A stretch of 64,000 bases of DNA from an uncultured Poribacteria bacterium. Its GTDB lineage: Bacteria > Poribacteria > WGA-4E > WGA-3G. Positions 17,809-27,553 of the stretch are shown one piece after another. Below the pieces are notes generated by a model. That model was not told the origin of the DNA. It made no database searches and was given only the letters and a program-made list of their open reading frames with translations. The position numbers and the translations under genes were made by a program. Within the stretch, counting starts at the first letter, position 1. Each line of letters opens with the position of its first letter. Location of the stretch: positions 3,424,001 to 3,488,000 of the forward strand of contig OX638351.1 of NCBI GenBank assembly GCA_951813565.1, written 5' to 3'.

Positions 17809-18927
17809 ATGTCAATCTACAAACGTTTAGGTATCCGGACGGTTATTAACGGCAATGCAACTCTGACACGTCTTGGTGGTTCCATTATGCCGCCTGAAGT
17901 TATTGCAGCGATGGCTGATGCATCAAAACATTTTGTAGACATCATTGAACTTCAAAAACGTGTCGGCGAAGAAATAGCGAAACTTACCCATAACGAAGCA
18001 GCCTATGTCTCCAATGGTGCTGCAGCTGCCCTGACGCTTAGCACTGCCGCCTGTATCACTGGACTTGATGCTGCTAAACGTGCCAAATTACCCCATCTTG
18101 ACAACTCAATGAAAAGTGAAGTCATCGTGCATCGTCATGGACGTGTCGGTTACGATTTTGCCGTGCGGCAGGTCGGTGTCACATTAGTGGAAATAGGAGA
18201 CGAAAACGGCACAACACCTGACGAACTTGAAAACGCCATCACCGACAAGACCGCTGCAATCTTCTACTTTGCAAACCCCGGTAGAGAACATCTTTGGGTG
18301 TCATACCAAAAAGGCATTGAAATTGCCAAAAAGCACGGTATCCCTTTGATTGTTGACGCTGCTGCACAGTTGCCTCCGCCAGAAAACTTGTGGCGTTTTA
18401 CAGAGATGGGAGCAGATTTAGCGATGTTTAGCGGTGGAAAAGGGTTATGTGGTCCGCAAAGTAGTGGACTAATCGTTGGCAAAAAATCGCTGATTGAGGC
18501 TATCGCATTCAATGGTCCGCCCCATCCTTTCATCGGCAGAGGTATGAAGGTCGGCAAAGAAGAGATGGTCGGATTATTGGCAGCAGTTGAGTGGTACCTG
18601 AATCAAAACCACGACCAATTAATGCAGTCCTATGAAGAACAAGTCGCTTACTATACTGAGGTGTTTAAGGATATCCAAGGCGTTAGTGTGTATCGCAGTT
18701 TCCCTTCTGAAGCAGGGCAACCGATGCCCCGCACCGAAATCCGATTTGACGCAGAACAACTCGGTATCACGCGCAATGAAATTCTTCATCAACTACAGAT
18801 AGGTGAACCTGCGATAGATATTGCTGGTGCAGGTGCGAACGGCGTACTTATCAATGGGCAAACCTTGATGCCGGGAGAAGTAGAAATTATTGCTAAAAGA
18901 TTAAAGGAAATTCTACTTGAGTTGTAG
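17809..18927 (+). CDS. SelA-like / DgaE-family PLP-dependent enzyme
   Basis: VINGNATLTRLGGS, VDAAA, FSGGKGLCGPQSSG (PLP lysine) and IGRGMKVGKE. Confidence 0.85.
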   Translation: MSIYKRLGIRTVINGNATLTRLGGSIMPPEVIAAMADASKHFVDIIELQKRVGEEIAKLTHNEAAYVSNGAAAALTLSTAACITGLDAAKRAKLPHLDNSMKSEVIVHRHGRVGYDFAVRQVGVTLVEIGDENGTTPDELENAITDKTAAIFYFANPGREHLWVSYQKGIEIAKKHGIPLIVDAAAQLPPPENLWRFTEMGADLAMFSGGKGLCGPQSSGLIVGKKSLIEAIAFNGPPHPFIGRGMKVGKEEMVGLLAAVEWYLNQNHDQLMQSYEEQVAYYTEVFKDIQGVSVYRSFPSEAGQPMPRTEIRFDAEQLGITRNEILHQLQIGEPAIDIAGAGANGVLINGQTLMPGEVEIIAKRLKEILLEL

Positions 18928-18956
18928 CGCGAGGTCTCTATGACTCTCCATATGTA

Positions 18957-19299
18957 ACCTAAGTTGCTACGGACAAGATTTTAGACATGCAGACGCCATT
19001 TTTAATCAAGAACAGTTCATTATTCGTGAAATATCGTAGCGCAAACTTTTAGTTTGCGTCTAATAGTGCACAAACTAAATGAAGATTAAGAAAATATTTC
19101 GGTATTTTCCTTAGTCCCGTAGGGACGATATGTTTATAGAAAACGTTGCGGACACGCTCTTTAGTCCCGACAAATGCGCGTGTGGCATTTGTCGGGACTT
19201 GAAGAGCGTTTGACATATTCAGAATATACCTAACAAGAAATTACCGAATTAAAAAATTAATGTTCATAAAGTTTGTGCTACATAGGTGGCAACTTAGGT
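18957..19299. mobile_element. MITE family B with nested palindromic inserts
   Basis: ACCTAAGTTGCTAC ... GTGGCAACTTAGGT, with internal inverted pairs GTAGCGCAAACTTT/AAAGTTTGTGCTAC and AGTCCCGACAAATGC/GCATTTGTCGGGACT. Confidence 0.7.
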
Positions 19300-19335
19300 T
19301 ACAATAGTACATTATAAATAATTTAGGAAACATAC

Positions 19336-20046
19336 ATGAAACTTAACAACGGTATACGTCTAACGTGGCTCGGACATGCCACATTTAAAATTGAAGTAGA
19401 TGAAAAAACCTTCTTAATTGATCCATGGGTTGATAGTAACCCTGTTTGTCCCGATGAACTCAAAACTTTTGATAGTCTTGACGTTATGATGATAACGCAT
19501 GGGCATTGGGATCACATGGAAGATGCAGTTCCAATTGCTAAAAAACATGCTCCCACAGTGATCGCTATGATTGAAATAGCAAAATGGTTGGATAACCAGG
19601 GAGTTGATAATACAATAGGCATGAATAAAGGTGGTACGGTTCCAGTCGGCGGCGTGAAAGCAACGATGGTTACAGCGAATCATAGCAGTAGTTTCGTAAA
19701 GGAAGATGGAACGATAGTCTACTTAGGTGAACCTGCGGGTTTCGTGCTTGAATTTGCCAATGGCTATAAAATATATCACGCTGGTGATACAAATGTGTTT
19801 GGAGATATGCAAATAATCGGTGAGATATATCAACCTGACTTGGCACTGCTTCCTATCGGTGACCATTTCACGATGGGACCGCGCGAAGCTGCTTATGCGG
19901 TGCAGTTGCTCAATGTGCCAGCAATTTTACCCATGCATTACGGCACCTTTCCACTTTTGACAGGGACATTGGAAGAATTTCGTCAATTGACGGCCTCTCA
20001 GGATGTAGAAATTGTTGAATTAGAAATAGGAGAAATGTTAGATTAA
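19336..20046 (+). CDS. Metallo-beta-lactamase-fold metal-dependent hydrolase (UPF0173-like)
   Basis: TWLGHA, THGHWDH, YHAGDT, PIGDHFTMGP and PMHYGTFP. Confidence 0.92.
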   Translation: MKLNNGIRLTWLGHATFKIEVDEKTFLIDPWVDSNPVCPDELKTFDSLDVMMITHGHWDHMEDAVPIAKKHAPTVIAMIEIAKWLDNQGVDNTIGMNKGGTVPVGGVKATMVTANHSSSFVKEDGTIVYLGEPAGFVLEFANGYKIYHAGDTNVFGDMQIIGEIYQPDLALLPIGDHFTMGPREAAYAVQLLNVPAILPMHYGTFPLLTGTLEEFRQLTASQDVEIVELEIGEMLD

Positions 20047-20353
20047 CGTGAGTTGATGTAAAAAATAGGTTCACATGCAGGTTGGATTGAACGAAAGTGA
20101 ACTCCAACACCACACCCAAAATACATACTTTGCTCCGTAGGAGCAATATGTTTATAGCATCTAACGGTTTACGCTCCCGCTCCGTAGGTGCGGTATAGGG
20201 TTTTACCACATATAGCACTCCTTGGAGTGCAAGAACTTGAGAATCCCACCTTCTATAAACATAGCACTCCTCTGGAGTGCGGAAACTATCCATCATAATT
20301 TATGATAGGTGTGATATGTGTGGGTTCATCTAACCTTTAAGTCGGACTCATGT
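20046..20353. mobile_element. MITE family A inserted between convergent genes
   Basis: ACGTGAGTTGA ... TCGGACTCATGT, flanked by TAGATTA (20039-20045, 20354-20360); internal repeat ACATA(TA)GCACTCCT. Confidence 0.7.
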
Positions 20354-21267
20354 TAGATTAAGGTATTTCGGTAGGGACCATGCAGGCCAAAGGCGTAAGC
20401 GGTTTTTAACAACTCTTGTGGGTTACCAGTATCGTAACGTGTACCTGCGACGTGGTAACCGTACATACCTTCTTGTCGGACCATTTCCGCCATTGCGTCG
20501 CGCAGTTGAATCTCACCGTGCGTTAAAATCTTGTTGCGGTAGTTGTCCTCCAATATGTCAAACAGAAGTGGTGTAAGCAGATCAATCCCAAAGTGGCATA
20601 GATATCTATACGTTTCTTGTGCATCCCATATTCCTTCAACGCGCATGTGTTCTCGTGCATAGTCTACTGCAGGTTTTTCAGCAATTCGTGCTAATTTGAA
20701 AAGGTCTGGATTTTCAGGAGTGGGACTCCCTTGCACAATGCCGTTCACAGAGAGTTCGTTTTCATCACATACATCAAGGCTTGTCACAGATTTTCCAACT
20801 TGTGCATAGACATCTATCAACTGTTTTGCACAAGAAACATCTGTCTCTGAAATATACAAGTGGTCGCCAAGCAGAATCATAACAGGTTCACCTGCCGCGA
20901 AATCTTTTGCACAATAGATGGCGTGTCCGAATCCTTGTGGTTCAGCTTGAATTGCAAATTGCAAACGTTCCCCGATTTCAGTCAATCTGTCCGCTTGCAC
21001 TGCCAGTTCCGGCTTCTCGCGAATTGCGTCTGGAACGTCGCCAGAAAAATAGTCGGTAATCGGTTCAACTTGGTGCGGCTGTGCAACGAGACACACCTCT
21101 TCCACGCCAGCCGTTAGTGCTTCCTCAATAATCAATTGAATGACCGGTTTTGCGAGACCATCCTGATCAATAATTGGGAAAAGCGCTTTTGGTAAGGCTT
21201 TTGTTGCGGGGAAGAGGCGTGTTCCATATCCAGCGATTGGAATAATAGCCTTTTGAATTGGTTGCAT
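20353..21267 (-). CDS. Sugar-phosphate nucleotidyltransferase, GalU-like (UTP-glucose-1-phosphate uridylyltransferase)
   Basis: KAIIPIAGYGTRLFPATKALPK, QAEPQGFGHA, LLGD, EKP, GEIQLRDA and RYDTG. Confidence 0.85.
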   Translation of the reverse strand: MQPIQKAIIPIAGYGTRLFPATKALPKALFPIIDQDGLAKPVIQLIIEEALTAGVEEVCLVAQPHQVEPITDYFSGDVPDAIREKPELAVQADRLTEIGERLQFAIQAEPQGFGHAIYCAKDFAAGEPVMILLGDHLYISETDVSCAKQLIDVYAQVGKSVTSLDVCDENELSVNGIVQGSPTPENPDLFKLARIAEKPAVDYAREHMRVEGIWDAQETYRYLCHFGIDLLTPLLFDILEDNYRNKILTHGEIQLRDAMAEMVRQEGMYGYHVAGTRYDTGNPQELLKTAYAFGLHGPYRNTLI

Positions 21268-21275
21268 TAGACCTT

Positions 21276-22043
21276 TTAGTTTCTATTACGCTTGAGTGCT
21301 CCCCAAGTTGTAGAGAGTTTATCTGCAGGTTCAACAGGTAAATTATCGGATTTCGCCTCAAAGTTCTGCATAACCTCGTCTTCAGTCAAAACCCGGTCAT
21401 AGATGCGGACGTTATCAACCATCCCGTTCAGGAATCTACCGTCGTGTTCACTGCCAATACGGCGTTCATCCATGTTTTCAGGTTGGGCACCGGCTGCGCC
21501 TTCTGCCTGCAATTCTCCGTCTACGTAGAGCTTAAGTTCGTTTTTTTCAGGATTAGTCGTGTAAATGATGTGATACCATGTCTCTGCCTGAGCGTTGAAG
21601 CGAATCTTAGAACCACCGTTTTTATCAACCTGAATTTGGTTCTCCTGAAACTTGAAATGGACCTTGCCTGCTACCCACTGCCAGGTAGAAACAATGCCCT
21701 GAATGCCGCCAAACTGAGTTTGAAGAGCGTAGCATTCAACTGATGCGAAATCAAACATACCCAGGGCAGGAATTTCAACGTAATTGTTCGCTGCGGCTTT
21801 AAATTCGTATGCATCCCCTACGGGACCTTCAACAAAGTCAAGTTTACCAATAAGCTTCGCATGGTTATCGTTGCCGGAGGTATCCATGACAACTTCACCT
21901 TTGACATCAGACTTATTGAGCGTATACATCGCGACAAGTCCATCTGTTACGAATTCTTTTGCTGCATCAGCTGTGTTTACATACCACATAGCAGTAAGTA
22001 ATAGGCTGAGGATACAAATCACTTTTATAGCTTTCAAAACCAT
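21276..22043 (-). CDS. Secreted LamG/ConA-like jelly-roll protein
   Basis: Signal peptide; DTSGNDNHA, WYHI, LYVDG, IGS and FLNGMVDNVRIYDRVLT motifs; C-terminal VEPADKLSTTWGALK. Confidence 0.88.
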   Translation of the reverse strand: MVLKAIKVICILSLLLTAMWYVNTADAAKEFVTDGLVAMYTLNKSDVKGEVVMDTSGNDNHAKLIGKLDFVEGPVGDAYEFKAAANNYVEIPALGMFDFASVECYALQTQFGGIQGIVSTWQWVAGKVHFKFQENQIQVDKNGGSKIRFNAQAETWYHIIYTTNPEKNELKLYVDGELQAEGAAGAQPENMDERRIGSEHDGRFLNGMVDNVRIYDRVLTEDEVMQNFEAKSDNLPVEPADKLSTTWGALKRNRN

Positions 22044-22168
22044 TTGAATTCTCCTTAGTTTCGCGGCACCCGAAGTAGCATATCTGTTTGTCTGTCGGAT
22101 GCCATTCTATTATAATTAGATGTAGTTTAGCATATACGATTAAATTCGTCAAGTGATTTACGTTTGCT

Positions 22169-22635
22169 GGGTATGTAAATATTTGGTTACATAGGTTCAA
22201 TTTGCAATGATTACGCGGCGTTTTCCACTGTAGAGCGGGGTCCCTGTGCCCCATAGCCGTCAATTTAAGGATATACCCTCTTGTGGGAGCGAATCAACGC
22301 AGCATGCGCGTTTGGCATGCTGCCAAATCAACGCCAAATGCGCTTTTTGGCATTTGTCCAAATCAACGCAGCATGCGCGTTTGGCATGCTGCGGGTTTTC
22401 AATCCCGATAAATACATATAAATCGGGCTTATAAAGCCCTCCCACAAGAGGCAATCTGGTAATTGTGTGCTTAAATTGACGCCTATGGGCGGGGTCCCTG
22501 TGCCCCGCCACTGCGCAGGACGTGCCATGCAACGGGCAGGCACCAAATCAACGGTCCGAATGCCTTTTGGCATTCCCCGGAGACCCGCCCCTACAATAGG
22601 AGTTGTGCGGATTTCTACAAAAACTTTACACACCC
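22169..22635. mobile_element. MITE family D copy containing a nested family C element (22252-22487) and micro-hairpin units
   Basis: Ends nearly identical to 3069-3224; the inner CATAGCCGTCAATTTAAG...CTTAAATTGACGCCTATG is flanked by 18-bp (A/G)GCGGGGTCCCTGTGCCC. Confidence 0.82.
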
Positions 22636-22763
22636 CCGAACACATCCGAAGCCATTCAATTCTTCAGCAGTTCCTATGATTATGTCAACGTAGAGGGTTT
22701 GATAAAGAAAAGGCAGATACCCAAAGCGGATACCTGCCTGTAAAGGTTTTGTTCGCGATGCTG

Positions 22764-24189
22764 CTACTGTGCCCAACACCCCAAACCATTCCTCTGACGC
22801 CACGGTTTCTGGCAGGAGGGGCGGGTTCCACACGCATACCACGTTTGACCGCATTCAGTAAATCGACACGTCTTCAAACGATGATTGTCAGCAGCGCCTG
22901 ATATACACGTCCAGTAATGCCCATTACACGGACCGCAATCTATACGATGCGCTAACCTGTCACTTACCGTCTGTCCGCAAGCGCTTCGCGCACAGGTCGC
23001 AGATGGAGTAGGCGGCGGCGCAGGATACACATGCGTATGATATTAACACGCATAGAAACTTGTTACCGTGCAATAATCACCATTCGCATTCGTATCACTA
23101 CAACTCGCTTGCAATGAATGGTCTGAACCATCACACACATAGTGACCAGAGTAGCCACAACCCGCAGCAGAATGATCCCCCGATTGCCACGTCTCATGAG
23201 AACCGCACATGTGGTAGGACGGCGCAGGCGTTGGTTCGGACGTTGGTTCTTGGAATTCATTTTGTGTCGTCTCTTCCGTGCTGTCATCATCGTCATCAGA
23301 ATGCTTCGTTTCCCAGTTTATCCAGTCAGACCAATTATGATCTTTCTTGGGTCCAACACACCGCCTAAAACCATCTCCGCAAGTGTTGGTCACACCCGAT
23401 CCGTTTGTAAAGTCTCTGGTGCAGCTGCGCACTCTATGCCTATCATTTGCCGCTGTATCACAGGTGTAGTAGGCAATCCCATCCCCCGAAATAAGCGTTC
23501 TTATAGCCGTAAGCGTCGACTTCTTCGCCACAGACCTCGCGATGCGTATAGAAAGCCTCACGCGGTGTACCATAAGACACGTTACACAAAGTCTTACCCG
23601 CAGTGTGGTTACCCCGACATGAAAATGACGGCAAATTATCACGACACGTCTTCTCCTCCCAATCTGGCACAAAATGATTGATGTTAGATGGGGACGCAGC
23701 ATCGTGGTGACTCGCTTGATGCTTATTAACAGTCTTTTCAGCATACGCATGTGCACTATTATATACAGGGACCATAAGATTAAACAGATCTATCTCAGAC
23801 TTAACATTTTCAAGTTCATCACTATACAAATCCATCAGGCTCTTGTTCGCATAGTAGGATCTCATTTCTGATTCAAGTCTACCGTCTAATCCACCCGTTA
23901 AAGCCCAAAAACCTGTACCCATCGCTTCTATAAGAAAGTTGGAAGCCGTTTTTCGACGGTTCTCATCTAACATCGTTGCCCATTTGGTACTACTCTCGTC
24001 TACAAGGACCCACGCCTTATCTACCTCTTTTTCTTGATCATCCACTTGCTTTTCAGTCCTGCTCAAGTCCAGCACAGCGTTGATTGGAACTATATCATCA
24101 TTAGGGGTTGCCCAAGATGAAACGTTACAGAAGGTGAAAACCCATAGGCAGATAAAGAAAAGTCCAATCGTTAAAACAGTTTTTCTCAT
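22764..24189 (-). pseudogene. Secreted Cys/His-rich protein, disrupted by a frameshift (~23480) and an in-frame TAA (23043-23045)
   Basis: Signal peptide and a helical region, then Cys/His-rich segments continuing across three ORF pieces (...AYFGG / DGIAYYTCD...SFYAC * YHTHVYPAPPP...CWAQ). Confidence 0.6.
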
Positions 24190-24198
24190 GATATTCTC

Positions 24199-24936
24199 CT
24201 ATTTGGTGAAAGTTGAGGATTCTCTTTCGGGAAATATGATGAGCCCTTCCGTGACTCGTGACCATGTTAACTTCCCTAAATCATTTTGGCGGGCACTTTC
24301 CCACTCATTACGTTTGTATGCCTCCATATCGATAAAATCTAAACCTGCAGATAAAATTACCTTAAGTTGCTTCGACAACTCCTTGCGTCTTTCTCTGTCT
24401 GCCTTAATCCACGCCTCCAGATTCCTGAGTGCTTTTTGGCAGATAGGGTTGGTCGTGTCGTCAATGCTGTCATAGTATGTTATCAGATATATGAAGCGTG
24501 CAATTGCTGCTGCCTCTGTGTCGTCCGTTGGGAATGGCGGTATCCATTTCGCGCTCCAGTGTCCACGTTCTTTGGCTTGCAAACGGAGTGCTTCCACAGG
24601 ATGTTTCTCTAAAAGTTCCTTGTGGTAGGTTAACGGACCAGTATATGTTTGCGGCACTAGCGCAGGTTGCGTTATAGGCGCCTCTTGCCACTCATCAGGT
24701 GCGTCAATCGGCACTTCATGGAAATGGTCATCATGCGGCACCCACTTTTTGCCCGGTTCGGCAGGTGGGAGTTCATTCGCTGCGACCGGTTTATCCTTTT
24801 CTTCAAGCATTTTCTGGTCTTGTGCAAGTTCTTCTTTGAGCTGCTGCACTGTTGACAGCTGCCAATACATAAAGCCACCAGCAGCAATCAGGACAACAAT
24901 GAGGGCTGCGATGCCCCAATACATTTTGCGATTCAT
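24199..24936 (-). CDS. Membrane-anchored hypothetical protein with an HxxHxH motif
   Basis: N-terminal TM helix, a coiled segment and KKWVPHDDHFHEVP; AGGAGG RBS. Confidence 0.8.
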   Translation of the reverse strand: MNRKMYWGIAALIVVLIAAGGFMYWQLSTVQQLKEELAQDQKMLEEKDKPVAANELPPAEPGKKWVPHDDHFHEVPIDAPDEWQEAPITQPALVPQTYTGPLTYHKELLEKHPVEALRLQAKERGHWSAKWIPPFPTDDTEAAAIARFIYLITYYDSIDDTTNPICQKALRNLEAWIKADRERRKELSKQLKVILSAGLDFIDMEAYKRNEWESARQNDLGKLTWSRVTEGLIIFPERESSTFTK

Positions 24937-25194
24937 CTAATGGTCCTCCTGTATAGGCTTGTTGTTATTCCTGCTATGCGTTGTGTCCAGTGTACAGGGC
25001 TGTCTTGGACTTGGACAAATCAAGCCCGGTTTCTGTACCTCTTTTCTCGATGTACATTCGCGTTTGAATTGTTGTTCGCAAGCGGGCGTATCTACTTGTG
25101 TGGCATCTATTGTGCCAAACAGTAAGAAACCGCTTCCGATGATGAATGCGAAAGTAAGAATGGAGAGAAGAAGTACTTTGTAGTCTCGTCTCAT
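24937..25194 (-). CDS. Small exported Cys-containing protein
   Basis: GAGGAGG RBS, hydrophobic N-terminus, four Cys; it abuts the next gene. Confidence 0.6.
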   Translation of the reverse strand: MRRDYKVLLLSILTFAFIIGSGFLLFGTIDATQVDTPACEQQFKRECTSRKEVQKPGLICPSPRQPCTLDTTHSRNNNKPIQEDH

Positions 25195-25401
25195 CTTGTG
25201 CCTCCTCTTTATATAGAGTAGGTTAATTGTTTTGACAGACTACAGAAATAGGTGGGGAATGCCTAAAGGCGAATGCGCCAAATCAACGGTCCGAATGCCC
25301 TTTGGCATTCCCCGTCCAGCATTCGCCATGATTCATACCGTTGGTTAGGTATTTGTACAGTTTTAACTATCCCTGTAGAGGTCGCTGGTCTCTAAAGTGC
25401 A

Positions 25402-25430
25402 TTGACACTTCAGAAGGTCTATGCTAAAAT
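25402..25430 (+). promoter_or_regulatory. Sigma70 promoter of a candidate sRNA
   Basis: TTGACA-N17-TAAAAT with an extended TGn motif. Confidence 0.7.
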
Positions 25431-25435
25431 AGACA

Positions 25436-25545
25436 CCAGCGCTGTCAGACTATTCCTGGCAGTGCTTCGCATCGGCAGTGATCGGTTCACTGTCGGTGCA
25501 TCTAAAAAGCACCTCCGACGTAATCCACGCAAGGCGGATTTTTTT
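25436..25545 (+). ncRNA. Candidate ~110-nt structured small RNA
   Basis: Follows the promoter; hairpins GCGCTGTCAG/CTGGCAGTGC and GCATCGGCAGTGA/TCACTGTCGGTGC; ends in a hairpin plus T7 tract. Confidence 0.45.
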
Positions 25546-25556
25546 AACGTCTATTA

Positions 25557-26464
25557 TAGTAGATATTGAAAATAAGTTTACATTTTCTGGGATTTATGCT
25601 AGCCTTTATAATTATGGCATATTCAACAGATTTACGCAAACGCGTGCTTGATTTCATCAATAATGGTGGCAGTAAAGCCGCCGCAGAACGCACTTTTCGT
25701 GTCTCAAGAAGAACGATCTATAACTGGTTGGAAGCAGAAGACCCCTTCGCCTGTGAAAAACCGGGACCCAAAGGGCCCCGAGATATTGATTATGACGCAC
25801 TTCAGCAACATGTTGCCGATTTCCCAGATTCCACACTCGCCGAACGTGCTAAACACTTCGGTGTTTCAACAAATGGCATCTTTTATGCCTTCTCAAAACT
25901 CAATATCACGCGAAAAAAAAGACCACGACCTACAAAGAACAGTGTCCGATAAAACGCCAAGAGTATCTTTCGGCACTTCAACAAGAGACACAGGCGCATG
26001 GCAAAACACCGGTTTATCTTGACGAAAGTGGTTTCACTGAAACCACTTTCCGTCGGTATGCTTATGCCCCGAAAGGTGTCCGTGTTGAAGATAAAGTGCC
26101 AAGCCATCGGTATACCACCACGACGCTGATTGCTGCAAGGCTTGATGGATGTTTCACAGCACCTGTGCTTTTCGAGGGCAGTTGCGACGCGGTCGCCTTC
26201 AACAGTTGGCTTTCGGAAATGTTGTGTCCATTGCTTGACGATAGCCATGTTGTGATTATGGATAATGCGTCTTTCCACAAAGGTTCACAGACGGCGGCAT
26301 TGATCCGGGATTGCGGTGCGAGTTTGTTGTTTTTACCGCCGTATTCACCGGAGTTGAACCCGATTGAGAAGGATTTCGCCAACATCAAGCGGATACGTCA
26401 ATACAACGCTGAGACCTCTATTGATGATATTATAAAAGTGTATAAGTAATTACGGGATTTACTA
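25557..26464 (+). mobile_element. IS630-family insertion sequence
   Basis: Imperfect TIRs (TAGTAGATATTG / revcomp TAGTAAATCCCG) with TA on both flanks, enclosing a two-frame transposase. Confidence 0.88.
25614..26449 (+). CDS. IS630 transposase, orfA/orfB joined by a probable -1 frameshift at the A8 run (~25913-25920)
   Basis: HTH MAYSTDLRKRV; the -1 frame gives KTTTYKEQ...YLDESGF...MDNASFH...LPPYSPELNPIE (DDE triad). Confidence 0.88.
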
Positions 26465-26818
26465 TAAGGTATTGTAAAACTTTTTGCATTTTTTGTCAAC
26501 AACTTTTTTGAATTTTATCAAAAAATATAATTTATTATCAATAACCGAATGGACTTTAAGCAGAACCATTCAGTTTTCCAATAATTTCTACCTTTTACTT
26601 AAACCTCTTCCTGTTGGCATTCCCCGTCCGGCATTCGCCATGATTTGTAGCGTTGATTTCTTGATTTGGCGTTGATTCACTGGTCGCGACCCTGTCTTTA
26701 ATATTCAGAAAAACGCGAAAACTGAATGGCTCCGGAACACATCTCAAATTTGCGTTGATATTCACAAATAAATCTGTTATTATATTTGAAAATAGCCATT
26801 TGTAAAGGCATTTCACCT

Positions 26819-27520
26819 ATGAACGCTGAACCAACCGCTATAAACGAACTACTCACTCAAATTCGTCAGCATCTTCTTCCACAAGTTGCGAGTCTCACTG
26901 AATTCCAATCGGTAACTGGGTTGCAACAATTCCGGAACCGTTTGCATAGTATCCACAATTTTTGTCTGCGTGCTGAACTGTCAGGTGAGGTTAGCAATCA
27001 AGTGGAGGTGCTGCTTTCAACGAGCGCGAGTTTTTGGCACCTTATTGCTGAAAACGAGATGCTGTTGACAAACTTGAAAGACTTTACGCGTGTTCGCACT
27101 TTCTCAGCAGAAGCAGAAGGCATAACCAACTTAGAGGAACTACTTTCTGGAGAGGACACGCTGCGCGATGTGATTATCAACAGTATCGCCTTTATGCTAA
27201 ATTGGAAGGCGAATACTATCTGGGTTGATTCTGCTAAGAAAGCACGCACTGCGATGACAAAAAACTATATGCTTGAGATTCAGGACAGGATTTGGCAATT
27301 TATCAAAGAGAGTCAAAACCAATCAGAACCGATTGATGTAGCACAATCTGAACAGGTGCGAGAACGAGCAGAAAAATTCATGCAGCTTATTCAAGTGGGT
27401 GAATTGACAACTGAAGCACAAGTGACTTTGTTGATGCAAATTTATAACATGTTACTCCGATTCCAACTTGGACAATTGATTATCCAGTTAGAAAACTTGC
27501 AGGAAAATGAAGACAATTAG
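26819..27520 (+). CDS. Hypothetical helical protein
   Basis: Long ORF directly upstream of mazG; no motif recognised. Confidence 0.7.
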   Translation: MNAEPTAINELLTQIRQHLLPQVASLTEFQSVTGLQQFRNRLHSIHNFCLRAELSGEVSNQVEVLLSTSASFWHLIAENEMLLTNLKDFTRVRTFSAEAEGITNLEELLSGEDTLRDVIINSIAFMLNWKANTIWVDSAKKARTAMTKNYMLEIQDRIWQFIKESQNQSEPIDVAQSEQVRERAEKFMQLIQVGELTTEAQVTLLMQIYNMLLRFQLGQLIIQLENLQENEDN

Positions 27521-27553
27521 GTGCTGCTGCCTTTTAGATAGAAGGTTTATTGT

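Noticed and set aside
17809..18927. True selenocysteine synthase selA
   Set aside because: It is shorter than canonical SelA, lacks the N-terminal extension, and has no selB or selC nearby; a SelA-like/DgaE call fits better.
22281..22400. Tandem ~33-bp units as a mini-CRISPR or integron attC sites
   Set aside because: The units abut without unique spacers, AATCAAC does not fit the attC RYYYAAC consensus, and there is no integrase. They are kept only as micro-hairpin repeats.
21967..22854. Small ORFs of 60-105 aa between the LamG gene and the Cys-rich gene
   Set aside because: They are translations of nested MITE and palindrome sequence.
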